Source: Rhizodiscina lignyota
Lineage: Eukaryota
NCBI GenBank assembly: GCA_010015805.1
Contig: ML978127.1
Coordinates: 1,922,001 to 1,986,000, forward strand
DNA: 64,000 bases
Direction: 5' to 3'
Shown: positions 62,300 through 64,000 of the stretch, in pieces
Layout: each line of letters begins with the position of its first letter
Position numbering within the stretch: the first letter of the stretch is position 1
The notes under the pieces: generated by a model
Database searches by the model: none
The model's input: the letters and a program-made list of their open reading frames with translations, nothing else
What the model was told of the DNA's origin: nothing
Made by a program: the position numbers and the translations under genes

Positions 62300-63002
62300 T
62301 CACGTTTGGTCGGAGGATTTTGAGTTAATGGCAAATGCATACACCAAAAGGGACGCGATACGCTCGCTTGGCGAATCTGGGTTCTCTAAACTGATGCTTT
62401 TTCATGCAATGCATGGTACAATACAAACTTTTTTCTTCTTCTTCACGGAGGGGGTTCCGCCTGAGGACCGCTCGGCGACTGTCATTTCAGGAGTTGTATC
62501 TTCTGCTGGGGGTTCTTTTGCTTTCTTTTTTTGGCTTTGCTTGACAAACTCCTCTTACGGTTAACGATTGGCAATGTCTCTTAGGCAATGCAGGTTTTGA
62601 TACCACCTAAAATTTTATTTTGTGATATAGGATTAATATTGCCCATGCAATGAAGTCTTCATTTGGATGAAACATAATTGATTTGACCGCCTACTCAATG
62701 AGTGTACTGGTAGTGCAGATAATTTAGCCGGACGGGAGGACTTTTGACTACTCTCCAAGCCTTCTAACTGATTCCAAAATCAACCCATCGAGGAGTTTCT
62801 GTATGTATGTGGAGGGTGGACACCAGCCAATTAAATGCAAATCACGAGCTGCAGGCGAATAACATAGAGCGATCAGGTTTTGTGCTCAAGCAAGACTTCC
62901 TTTCCAGAGCTATACCCCCATTTTGCGCCGACCAGTGCAAATGGTATATGATCTACAATTCTACAAGAGCAAACCGAAACCACTACTCTGCTACCAGCGG
63001 AA

Positions 63003-63944
63003 CTACGTCTCCCTATCTCCTTCTTCCCCATCCGCCTTGGCCAGATCGTGCTCCTTGAGCAACGCGTCTATCTCGTCGGCACCCCAGAGGTGGTGGTAGA
63101 TCTTGCCGGACTTGGTCTTGCCCACCGTCGCGAACTCAACTGTATTCACGTTAGCATCTTGCACTATTTTCATTTGCATAGTGGCTTGAGAGGAAGACAT
63201 ACTCTTCTCACTGCTCAACTTCGTCGAGTCCATCGTCTTGCTCAACACCTTGACCGCCAGCCCACACGCCTCCTTCAAATCACACTCCTCCTTATAGTCC
63301 TGCTTCAACAGACTCTGCGCACTCGCATTGTTCGCGCCCACGCTCGTCGCCTTCCACCCGCCGTAGTTGCCTGACGGGTTGCTCTGGTACAGCTGGAACT
63401 GCCGCTCTGGGTCATAGCCCGCGTAGATGAAGCTCACACCAAACGGACGCAGACCACCGTGCTGCGTGTAGCCTTGCTTCAAGTCGCACAGCCGACGAAC
63501 GAGCTGCTCGCACGGGATGTCTTCGTTGTAGGTGAGCAGGTAGCGCTGGGCGGCCTGGCGGGCGTAGTTGATGAGGATGTTGGCGTCGGCGGTCATGCCA
63601 GCGACGGCACAGATCATATTGCTATTATGTCCCCAGTCAGTCCTATCCTCTAATTTGTTAGGTACGGAGAAGGGGAGGTGTACTCGTTCAGGATATAGAG
63701 TTTCTCAGCGGACGTGTCTTGCTCCAGCAGCTTGCTGGTGACTTTACGCTCGGCAGCGAGGACGATGCCATCTTGCGCGAGGATGCCAAGGGCTGTGCCA
63801 GCATGGGATATGGCTTCTAGAGCATACTCGACTTGATAGAGGCGACCTTCGGGGGAGAAGATAGTGGTCTATTGGAGCTGTCAGTATGAAGGGAGGATCA
63901 AGCTTTGGGTGTTTGCGTACTCTTGAATCGTATCTTCGAGACAT
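63003..63944 (-). CDS. PRE9: 20S proteasome subunit alpha-3
   Basis: [24 protein letters not shown]...[14 protein letters not shown]...[18 protein letters not shown]...[12 protein letters not shown]; three introns. Confidence 0.97.
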
Positions 63945-64000
63945 TGTGAGCGGAAACTACCAGGGACGAGAATGAAGTGCGAGAGAGGTGGATGAGAAGG

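Noticed and set aside
1..64000. tRNA, rRNA, CRISPR arrays, telomeric repeats, intact transposons, TGA-CTA readthrough signals
   Set aside because: None recognised by eye. A tRNAscan-SE, Rfam and RepeatMasker run would be needed to exclude weak cases.

Overview
Eukaryotic, gene-dense DNA from a filamentous ascomycete, probably Pezizomycotina. Introns are mostly short (50-60 nt) GT-AG with CTAAC/CTGAC branch sites. The window holds about 25 intact protein-coding genes: an alpha/beta-hydrolase 3' end, Zn2Cys6 TF, ASC-1/Rqt4 zinc finger, divergent ELO elongase, DHA2 MFS, class II peroxidase, large coiled-coil protein, membrane protein, ataxin-10/Ctr86, AA9 LPMO, YANK/STK32 kinase, Pmu1-like phosphatase, Bud27, PnbB-like lyase, M20 amidohydrolase, two SDRs, a small stress protein, GFA protein, DUF4188 protein, RING-H2, SPF30, Yap1 and proteasome alpha-3. 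There are also two disrupted genes (GH13 amylase, zinc-finger protein) and several weaker intergenic gene relics. I saw no rRNA, tRNA, CRISPR array or intact transposon. The most notable signals are: (1) unusually long, base-paired introns in both SDR genes, one with a 21-bp sense-strand G-U hairpin and one with a structure-masked poison 3' splice site; (2) a 255-nt intron whose retention would add a transmembrane tail to a coiled-coil protein; (3) an HMG-box-like insert in the ataxin-10 homolog; (4) a divergent PnbB-like lyase / amidohydrolase pair sharing a CGG palindrome and GATA sites. All family calls come from motif recognition by eye, not from database searches.
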